Part shown: piece by piece, positions 25,587 through 32,000 of the stretch | Layout of the letters: each line of letters begins with the position of its first letter | How positions within the stretch are numbered: the first letter of the stretch is position 1 | Assembly (NCBI RefSeq): GCF_000008465.1 | Contig: NC_006512.1 | Span: forward strand, 1,770,001-1,802,000 | DNA length: 32,000 nucleotides | Source: Idiomarina loihiensis L2TR | GTDB taxonomy: Bacteria > Pseudomonadota > Gammaproteobacteria > Enterobacterales > Alteromonadaceae | Reading direction: 5' to 3' | Made by a program: the position numbers and the translations under genes | Notes under the pieces: model-generated | Database searches by the model: none | Told to the model about the DNA's origin: nothing | The model's input: only the letters and a program-made list of their open reading frames with translations

Positions 25587-26631
25587 CCTTATTCACAATC
25601 TCATCAGCGGCTTCTTTGTCATCTTTATCCGGCGACGGACCATCGCCGGCACCATTTTCTCCCGGTGCTAAAGCAAGCTCTGTCAGTAATGGAAAATGAT
25701 CTGACCCAAAACCCGGTAGGCGAGTCATTGAAACCAGAGCAAAATGGTGGCTGTGGAATATATGATCCAGCGGCCAGCGGGCAAACCAGTACTCCGCATG
25801 GAAAGTATTAAACATACCACGCCCGATACGGGGGTCTAACAAGCCACTAAGCTTGCGGAAAAGAAGCGTCGTGCGCGACCAGGCAACATCGTTCAAATCT
25901 CCAGTGACTATAGTCGGATATTTCTCCGGCTCAACCCGACGAGCAACCAGCACCAGTTCAGCATCCCGCTCTGCCGACTCTTCATTTTCAGAAGGGCTGG
26001 GTGGCGCAGGGTGCACAAAATGCGCTTTTACTTTCTGTCCACAAGGCAGCTCAATAAAACAATGTACCGACGGTTTATCGTCTTCAACCAGATATTCAAC
26101 ACTGACATCAGACAAAGCATAACGAGAATACACATGCATGCCGTAGAGGTTATCTAAAGGTACCTTTACCGTATGCGGATAATCCGATTCAATCGCATCC
26201 AGCTTCTCCTGCCACCAGTCATCAGACTCAAGTGTGACCAGCACATCTGGCGTAAAATCATGAACAAGCTTTAGCAAGCCATCACTATTATGGTTAGGAG
26301 TAAGAACATTCGCGGTCATAATGCGCAAGCGCCCGTTAGCATTACCCGGCCGGACAGCTTCAACTTCCTTAGGAAAGAAAAAGGTATAAGGCACAACCCA
26401 CCAGAGCTGACAGACCAGACAACCAATAATCAGACCCAGCGTTACCGCGTTAATTGAATTCCAGTCGCGTATAACAACCAACCCTACTATGAGAAGGGCA
26501 GCTAATAACACCGACAGCTGCAAACGCGGAAAATCCAAACCACGTATCCACCAAACTTGCGCTCGGGACAATGGCGCCAGGGTAAGCACCAACAGTAATA
26601 CCGCTAAGGAAAGATAAATGACTTCAAACAT
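25576..26631 (-). CDS. Endonuclease/exonuclease/phosphatase (EEP) family protein with an N-terminal membrane anchor (3 TM)
   Basis: EEP motifs are present: LRIMTANVL, VTLES, VTGDLND and GSDHFPL. Three hydrophobic helices occupy the first ~95 aa. I prefer the ATG at 26631 over the TTG at 26643. The 3' end overlaps the convergent DMT gene by 11 nt. Confidence 0.8.
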   Translation of the reverse strand: MFEVIYLSLAVLLLVLTLAPLSRAQVWWIRGLDFPRLQLSVLLAALLIVGLVVIRDWNSINAVTLGLIIGCLVCQLWWVVPYTFFFPKEVEAVRPGNANGRLRIMTANVLTPNHNSDGLLKLVHDFTPDVLVTLESDDWWQEKLDAIESDYPHTVKVPLDNLYGMHVYSRYALSDVSVEYLVEDDKPSVHCFIELPCGQKVKAHFVHPAPPSPSENEESAERDAELVLVARRVEPEKYPTIVTGDLNDVAWSRTTLLFRKLSGLLDPRIGRGMFNTFHAEYWFARWPLDHIFHSHHFALVSMTRLPGFGSDHFPLLTELALAPGENGAGDGPSPDKDDKEAADEIVNKAMA

Positions 26632-26703
26632 GCTGACTCTCAATACTTCTCAGATAAGAAAACAATAGCACAGCTGCAAAGGATAAGGTGAAAGGAAGTG
26701 TTA

Positions 26704-26962
26704 ACGCTCCTACGGATAGAGCGCTCCGCTTGGAGTCAAAACCCTCTGCTCATTACAGCTCCCGGCGGGACTTAGTGAAGCGGTAAGAGTTAAGGCCCTC
26801 TACTACAGGAGTGTCGAAGGCCATGGATGGCCTTCGTCAAGCCCTCATGGATGAGCTCGTCGCGTCTCCTGTAGTAGAGGGTCTTAACTCCTAGCGAAAC
26901 TAAAAGTCCCCCGGGAGCTGTGTGACGCCAAGGATGGCGTCACCCAAGCCCCCAAGGATGGG
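26704..26962. repeat. Composite nested palindromic element (REP/MITE-like) with multiple short hairpins
   Basis: Long imperfect inverted arms at 26755-26811 and 26866-26921 pair through an outer block ACAGCTCCCGG.GGGACTT and an inner 25-nt block GAGTTAAG.CCCTCTACTACAGGAG. The centre holds CGAAGGCCAT-gg-ATGGCCTTCG (26815-26836) and CTCAT-gg-ATGAG (26844-26855). Flanking hairpins are CGCTC-ctacggata-GAGCG (26705-26723), GTGACGCCA-agga-TGGCGTCAC (26922-26943) and CCCA-agga-TGGG (26951-26962). Confidence 0.7.
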
Positions 26963-27005
26963 TTTACGGCGTGTTCCGAAGCTTTATCTAACTCTTTGTT
27001 TCTGA

Positions 27006-28583
27006 CTAGACCATGTTAACCAGCATGCTGGTTGGGTCTTCGAGGTATTCCTGCCAGAGTTTGTTGAAACGGGCAATGGTGCCGCCATCGATAATACGAT
27101 GGTCGCCTGACCAGCTTACCGTCATTATTTTACGGGCTACCACGTTACCGTTGGCATCAAAGCGCGGCAGTTCCTGCACCTTACCTAAAGCGACAATCGC
27201 GGCTTCAGGTTTATTGATGATAGGAGTTGCCACCGTACCGCCAATAACACCAATGTTTGAAATGCTGATGGTACCGCCTTTCATATCGGCTTGTGGCAAC
27301 TTACCTTCACGCGATGCCTGAGTCAGACGAGTGACCTCATTGGCTACATCAATGATGCTTTTGTTTTGTACCTGTTTTACGTTAGGTACTAACAGGCCAA
27401 TCTTGGTGTCAACGGCCATGCCAATGTTGTGATCATCAAAATAAGTGATCTCAGTACAGTCTTCATTCACCTGTGCATTCATCACAGGGAATTCTTTCAG
27501 TGCCAGCGAAAGAGCTTTGATAAAGAATGGCATAACAGTTAAACGAATACCCTTCTCTTTGTATTGCTCTTTTAGCTTTTCACGCAATGCGATTAAGTCA
27601 GTAACATCGAACTCATCGGCGTAAGTGAAATGTGGAATCGTACTGACCGAGCTCATCATCTGCTTAGCCATAGCCGCTTTCACACCACGGATAGCTTCAG
27701 TACGAGTACCACCGCTAGTAGCCGCGGCTTTCTGCGGTTGCTGGCTATCGCTTGATGCGGCTGACTTCTGCTCACCCGATTTAAAGGCTTCAATATCTTT
27801 CTTCAGAACCCGGCCTTTTTTACCTGAACCTGGTACTTCAGCAATGTTAATATCGCTCTCACGTGCCAGACGACGCACAGCCGGGCTGGCAATAGCTTTG
27901 CCCTGACGCGCCTTCGCGGGTGGCTCCGCTTCTGCTTTGGAATCCGATGGCGAAGTCTTAGCGTCGGGGTCAACATGGCTCTGTGGAGCATTTGAACCAG
28001 ATGACTGAACGCCACCCGCTGGCTGCAGTGCAAACAGCGGTTTATGTACTTCCGCGATATCACCTTTTTTGTGATACAACTTAACCACAGTACCGTCGTC
28101 TTTAGCCGGAATTTCAACCGTAGCTTTGTCCGTCATGACTTCAACAACCGGCTGATCTTCTTTCACTTCGTCGCCTTCAGACACCAGCCATTCAACGATT
28201 TCGCACTCAACAATACCTTCGCCAATATCAGGCAAAATAAAGTCAGTTGTATCACCGCTGCTTGAGGTTTGTTCTTCCTCTGTTTTCGGTTCTTCTTTTT
28301 TAGTCGGCTCGCTTTCTTTAGCAGGCGCCTCATCAGAAGAGCCGTCAGCTGGCTTTATCGCAAATAACGGTTCGTGAACCTTGGCAATATCACCTTTCTG
28401 GTAATACAGTTTTTCCACAATGCCGTCGTCTTTGGCCGGGATCTCAACCATAGCTTTGTCGGTCATAACCTCAACTACGGGTTGGTCTTCTTTAACTTCG
28501 TCACCTTCGGCAACCAGCCACTCAACGATTTCGCACTCTACGATCCCTTCGCCGATATCGGGCAGAATAAAGTCTTTACTCAT
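27006..28583 (-). CDS. bkdB: Branched-chain alpha-keto acid dehydrogenase E2 (dihydrolipoyl transacylase) with two lipoyl domains
   Basis: It has two lipoyl domains (each with the ...EVMTDKA.VEIPA... lipoyl-lysine motif), a peripheral subunit-binding domain (ASPAVRRLARESDINIAEVPGSGKKGRVLKKDI) and a catalytic domain with SGDHRIIDGG. Confidence 0.9.
   Translation of the reverse strand: MSKDFILPDIGEGIVECEIVEWLVAEGDEVKEDQPVVEVMTDKAMVEIPAKDDGIVEKLYYQKGDIAKVHEPLFAIKPADGSSDEAPAKESEPTKKEEPKTEEEQTSSSGDTTDFILPDIGEGIVECEIVEWLVSEGDEVKEDQPVVEVMTDKATVEIPAKDDGTVVKLYHKKGDIAEVHKPLFALQPAGGVQSSGSNAPQSHVDPDAKTSPSDSKAEAEPPAKARQGKAIASPAVRRLARESDINIAEVPGSGKKGRVLKKDIEAFKSGEQKSAASSDSQQPQKAAATSGGTRTEAIRGVKAAMAKQMMSSVSTIPHFTYADEFDVTDLIALREKLKEQYKEKGIRLTVMPFFIKALSLALKEFPVMNAQVNEDCTEITYFDDHNIGMAVDTKIGLLVPNVKQVQNKSIIDVANEVTRLTQASREGKLPQADMKGGTISISNIGVIGGTVATPIINKPEAAIVALGKVQELPRFDANGNVVARKIMTVSWSGDHRIIDGGTIARFNKLWQEYLEDPTSMLVNMV
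28017..28574 (-). repeat. Tandem internal duplication encoding the two lipoyl domains (copies 28347-28574 and 28017-28244, separated by a 34-codon linker)
   Basis: DFILPDIGEGIVECEIVEWLV(A/S)EGDEVKEDQPVVEVMTDKA(M/T)VEIPAKDDG... occurs twice. The DNA copies are roughly 80% identical by eye. The antisense track ORFs 28044-28265 and 28374-28610 mirror each other for the same reason. Confidence 0.85.
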
Positions 28584-28595
28584 GTCGATGGGTCC

Positions 28596-29573
28596 TTAGT
28601 AGTTCATTGAGCGTTTGATCGCTTCATAAATCTTCAAGTGATCAGCCATGTACTCTTTTTCGTGACACAGCGGATACGGTACGTCGATACCGCACACTCG
28701 ACCAATTGGCGATTCCAGATACAGGAAGCATTTGTCCTGAACTGTTGCTGCAATTTCGCTGGCGAAGCCACCGGTAATAGGTGCTTCCTGAGTGATCACC
28801 AAACGACCGGTTTTTAAAACCGATTCTGTAACGGTTTCAACATCCCATGGAGAAATAGTACGCAAATCAATGACTTCGCACGAAACGCCGTCTTCTTCAG
28901 ATTTTTCCACCGCTTTTTCAATCATTTCCATCTGCGCGCCCCAGCCAAGAACGGTAATATCTTTACCTTCTTTGACCACGTCAGCTTTGCCTAATGGAAT
29001 GGTGTATTCTTCTTCCGGAACATCGCCTGTTGACGCGCGGTACAACCGCTTAGGCTCCATGAACAACACCGGGTTTTTGTCAAAAATAGCGCTTAGCAAT
29101 AACCCTTTGGCCTCGTACGGGTTACGCGGGGTCACAATTTTAATGCCCGGCGTGTGGGCAAAGTAGGCTTCCGGAGACTGTGAGTGATAATGACCACCGG
29201 CGATACCGCCACCGTACGGAGTACGAATGGTTAAACCACCCACATTGAACTCATTACCTGAACGATAACGGAACTTGGCCGTCTCGTTCACTATTTGGTC
29301 AAACGCCGGGAAAATGTAGTCCCCGAACTGAATTTCGGCAATGGCATAACTGCCTTGTGACGCCAGGCCATTAGCAAAACCAATAATACCCTGCTCAACC
29401 AGTGGGGTATTAAAGTTACGATGCTTGCCGTATTTTTCAGTCAAGCCGGAAGTGGCGCGGAATACACCACCAAAACCACCGGTATCTTCACCAAAGCTGT
29501 ATACGTTGTCATGCTTAGCCATCGCCAGGTCTAGCGCGCTGTTGATGGCCTGTAATAAATTCATTTTAGCCAT
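28596..29573 (-). CDS. bkdA2: Branched-chain alpha-keto acid dehydrogenase E1 beta subunit
   Basis: The 325-aa product has typical 2-oxoisovalerate dehydrogenase beta motifs ([51 protein letters not shown]). Confidence 0.92.
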   Translation of the reverse strand: MAKMNLLQAINSALDLAMAKHDNVYSFGEDTGGFGGVFRATSGLTEKYGKHRNFNTPLVEQGIIGFANGLASQGSYAIAEIQFGDYIFPAFDQIVNETAKFRYRSGNEFNVGGLTIRTPYGGGIAGGHYHSQSPEAYFAHTPGIKIVTPRNPYEAKGLLLSAIFDKNPVLFMEPKRLYRASTGDVPEEEYTIPLGKADVVKEGKDITVLGWGAQMEMIEKAVEKSEEDGVSCEVIDLRTISPWDVETVTESVLKTGRLVITQEAPITGGFASEIAATVQDKCFLYLESPIGRVCGIDVPYPLCHEKEYMADHLKIYEAIKRSMNY

Positions 29574-30760
29574 TAGTCCAGTCTCCCCGACGTTTTACTA
29601 TAGGCATCCGGGTATTTACGGATGTGCTCTTTCAACTCGTCTAACTGCTCTTTCAGCATGTCAGTCGGTTCGTCGTAAACATCATTGATCAGCTCATCAA
29701 TGTGCGGGACCGGCACTTTTTCTGACTCTTTTAACGCCGCCAGAACTTTCGCCTTCACTTCAGCGTGATGCTCTTCAACGTGGTCTTTATCCAACCAGCC
29801 TTCATCCGTCATCCACTTTTGTAAACGCTCAAGCGGATCTTTCGCCTGCCAACCAGCTTCTTCATCACGCGTACGGTAACCAGTAGGGTCATCCGAAGTC
29901 GAGTGACCAGACATGCGATAAGACATGGCTTCAATTAAAACAGGTTCGTTTTCTTCTACAGCCAGACGACGAGCTTCCTGTGTCGCTTTTAGTACAGCGA
30001 AAACGTCGTTACCGTCAATACGTATGGTTTTCATACCATAGCCGATACCACGCGGGGCAATACCGTCACCAGCATACTGTTCGCCTTGCGCCGGTGTAGA
30101 AATAGCGTAGCCATTATTACGGCAGAAGAAGATGACCGGCACTTTATAAACCGATGCCATGTTCAAGGCGGCGTGGAAGTCACCTTCAGAGGCAGCACCT
30201 TCACCAAAGTAACAGATAGTGCACTTCTCGGTTTTATCCATTTTCTGACCAAACGCATAACCTGTTGCCTGTGGAATCTGTGTTCCCAACGGCGAAGAAA
30301 TGGTCATAAAGTTTAAGTCAGCGCAACCGTAGTGAACCGGCATCTGACGGCCTTTACCTAAGTCTTTTTCGTTCGAAAACAGCTGATTCATAAACTGTTC
30401 AACGGTAAAACCACGGTAAGCTAATGCGCCCTGCTCACGGTATTGACCCATGATCATATCACCAGCATCCAGCGCGGCGGCAGACGCCACACTCTCGGCT
30501 TCCTCACCTCGTGAGGCCAGGTAAAAACTGATACGGCCCTGGCGCTGTGCGGCGATCATGCGTTCATCGAGAATACGGATAAATTGCATGGTGTCGTGAA
30601 TTTTCACGATCAGCTCTTTATCGTACTCCGGCATATCCGCATCTTTATGAAAACTGCCATCTTCTTTTAAGATTTGCAGCATTGGAATTGTGACTGAGTC
30701 TTTATCAAACCATTTCGGTTTCGTCACAATTTCTGTGTCGTGTTTTTTATCCTTGACCAT
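29573..30760 (-). CDS. bkdA1: Branched-chain alpha-keto acid dehydrogenase E1 alpha subunit (TPP-dependent)
   Basis: The 395-aa product has the TPP-binding region [39 protein letters not shown] and the motifs [12 protein letters not shown] and RQGRISFY. Its stop overlaps the E1 beta start (TAATG). Confidence 0.92.
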   Translation of the reverse strand: MVKDKKHDTEIVTKPKWFDKDSVTIPMLQILKEDGSFHKDADMPEYDKELIVKIHDTMQFIRILDERMIAAQRQGRISFYLASRGEEAESVASAAALDAGDMIMGQYREQGALAYRGFTVEQFMNQLFSNEKDLGKGRQMPVHYGCADLNFMTISSPLGTQIPQATGYAFGQKMDKTEKCTICYFGEGAASEGDFHAALNMASVYKVPVIFFCRNNGYAISTPAQGEQYAGDGIAPRGIGYGMKTIRIDGNDVFAVLKATQEARRLAVEENEPVLIEAMSYRMSGHSTSDDPTGYRTRDEEAGWQAKDPLERLQKWMTDEGWLDKDHVEEHHAEVKAKVLAALKESEKVPVPHIDELINDVYDEPTDMLKEQLDELKEHIRKYPDAYSKTSGRLD

Positions 30761-30802
30761 AACCTTCTCTTTCGGTTTTAAGCTGGGTTGGAAATTGCCG
30801 CT

Positions 30803-30831
30803 ACTTTACCTTTACGTAAAGTGACATGCAA
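30803..30831 (-). promoter_or_regulatory. Candidate bkd promoter (TTGCAT-17 bp-TAAAGT) with a perfect 12-bp palindrome CTTTACGTAAAG in the spacer (candidate MerR/LiuR-type operator)
   Basis: On the minus strand the -35 TTGCAT is at 30831-30826 and the -10 TAAAGT at 30808-30803. The palindrome is at 30810-30821. A half-site CTTTAC is also repeated directly (ACTTTACCTTTAC). It lies about 43 nt upstream of the bkdA1 ATG. Confidence 0.4.
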
Positions 30832-30917
30832 ACCACACCCTAATGAAAACTGAGTGCGCTAAGTGTAAATAGAAACGAACAGTCTTAACAAAGTTCGGCA
30901 ACTTAGGCTCAATAATT

Positions 30918-31949
30918 TCAGACTAAATCGAGCGACTCTGTGGGTACTCTAACCACAGTTAATAACGCCCGGTGCCCCAGCGCCACTTTGGCATTAGGGA
31001 AAATAATATGTTCACCATCATGCTGCGCGTAACATGCCTTGTCACCATCCCAGGCCAGTAGCTCCCCTTTATTAAAAGAGGTGAAGTTAGCCACATCATC
31101 CGCAAAGTTTAGCTCAAAGTCAGGTTGTGTGCGGTTAATGGTTTGCGCTTCTTTGAACACATAGTGTTGTTCTGGTTCAAAGGGACCAAAATCCAGCTCA
31201 GTTTGCGAAATTAAGTCGCGCAAGGTGGTTTCCGCTGCGGCAAACTTAGCCCTGTCATTTTCGCCAAATGGACGGACTTTACCCAGCTCAACGGTAAATG
31301 CATGAGCATTAAACTGACGTGCGCTAAAATACGAAAATGTCGTTGTCGGTGCCTGGTTCAATAATACCGTATCCACACCACAAGCCAGCAAAAACTGAAG
31401 CTGTTGGCGACTGTAAGGTGCGCCGTGAGTAAACGGATAAACGGCAAATTTCTCGCGTTTAGAGTCACGGATGGCAGTATGTAAGTCGTAATGAAAACGT
31501 TCGCGGGAACCTTCCGGAGCCGATTGGTAGAAGCGCTCTACATAGTTTTCCATCTTTGCTGCACGCTCGCGTTCTTTATTTTGCGTACTGCCTTTACCAT
31601 GCTCGCCACTAAACAGGCGGTTCATATTTTCTTCAACAAACCGCTCGCCTTTGTTTATTGAGGCCGGATTTGCAATTAAAAACAGCGTTCGGTGCGTTAC
31701 TGTCTGCTTTTCATCAATAATGTCATTAATGATATCCCGGCATATTTCAATAGGAGCCGTTTCATTGCCATGCACTGCACAGGATAACACAACATCCTTG
31801 TGTCCCGGGCTAGCCGGTGAAACTTCTAACACACCGCTATCCCAGACCGACAGTTTTGTGCCATTGCTCAATGTTAAGTTATAACTCTCGTCACAACCCC
31901 ACTCATGTTCACGAGTCCAGGCCAGAAAATCAGAAAATACCTTATTCAC
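30918..31949 (-). CDS. astE: Succinylglutamate desuccinylase
   Basis: The 343-aa product has AstE/aspartoacylase-family zinc-site motifs (SCAVHGNETAPIE, NMNRLF, YDLHTAIR) and is colinear with enterobacterial AstE as I remember it. Confidence 0.88.
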   Translation of the reverse strand: MNKVFSDFLAWTREHEWGCDESYNLTLSNGTKLSVWDSGVLEVSPASPGHKDVVLSCAVHGNETAPIEICRDIINDIIDEKQTVTHRTLFLIANPASINKGERFVEENMNRLFSGEHGKGSTQNKERERAAKMENYVERFYQSAPEGSRERFHYDLHTAIRDSKREKFAVYPFTHGAPYSRQQLQFLLACGVDTVLLNQAPTTTFSYFSARQFNAHAFTVELGKVRPFGENDRAKFAAAETTLRDLISQTELDFGPFEPEQHYVFKEAQTINRTQPDFELNFADDVANFTSFNKGELLAWDGDKACYAQHDGEHIIFPNAKVALGHRALLTVVRVPTESLDLV

Positions 31950-32000
31950 AACCTTCTCCTATTATTTTTTTCCCGGCACATAGCCTTTCGTTGCCAACAA

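Noticed and set aside
26644-26700. Search for a GacA/UvrY upstream activating box (TGTAAG-N6-CTTACA) ahead of the GGA-rich element
   Set aside because: The closest sequence is TTCTCAGATAAGAA (26648-26661), which does not match the half-sites. This weakens the CsrB-like interpretation and is noted in that finding.
26823-26894. 23-codon ORF (MDGLRQALMDELVASPVVEGLNS) inside the palindromic element, with an AGGAG 11 nt upstream
   Set aside because: Its sequence is fully explained by the hairpin arms, the SD spacing is poor, and such pseudo-ORFs are typical of REP-like repeats. I would reconsider it only if it were conserved as a peptide rather than as structure.
28044-28610. Two similar + strand ORFs (28044-28265 and 28374-28610) antisense to bkdB
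   Set aside because: They are mirror images of the duplicated lipoyl-domain DNA and arise from codon-bias shadow. They have no start context.

Overview
This 32-kb window looks like mostly core chromosome of a marine gammaproteobacterium. It seems Alteromonadales-like from gene content and the tmRNA tag ANDDNYALAA, but I cannot verify the taxon. About 30 protein genes are well supported: elbB, an OYE flavin reductase, a GNAT-peptidase C39 fusion, trkH plus a mini-KdpD/KdpE pair, purMN, a DUF3108 gene, fadE, two AbgT transporters, a Bcr/CflA exporter, a 5'-nucleotidase, a 2OG oxygenase, rnhB, a soluble PAS-MCP, VOC and DUF3293 genes, a DMT transporter, an EEP-family protein, bkdA1-bkdA2-bkdB and astE.

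Accessory or unusual content:
1. The left edge is the end of a genomic island. A P4-type integrase, truncated by the window edge, sits next to ssrA (tmRNA).
2. An IS110-family element with IS1111-type layout lies between purN and the DUF3108 gene. Its long 3' non-coding end contains short exact matches to its own insertion flanks, so it may encode a bridge/seek RNA.
3. Two transporter genes are disrupted by apparent +1-nt insertions: AbgT at a C5 run and the DMT gene near its 5' end.
4. A roughly 260-bp nested palindromic element downstream of the bkd operon has several hairpins that expose A(A/U)GGAU loops on the + strand.
5. A trkH / mini-kdpD / kdpE operon is preceded by KdpE-style TTTACG direct repeats, and no kdpFABC is present.
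6. The BCKDH E2 gene carries a tandemly duplicated lipoyl domain.

I found no rRNA, tRNA or CRISPR array, and no recognisable defence, toxin or secretion system. I do not see convincing evidence for a wholly new multi-gene system. The best leads are items 2, 4 and 5. All calls come from reading the sequence and ORF translations by eye; no searches were run.
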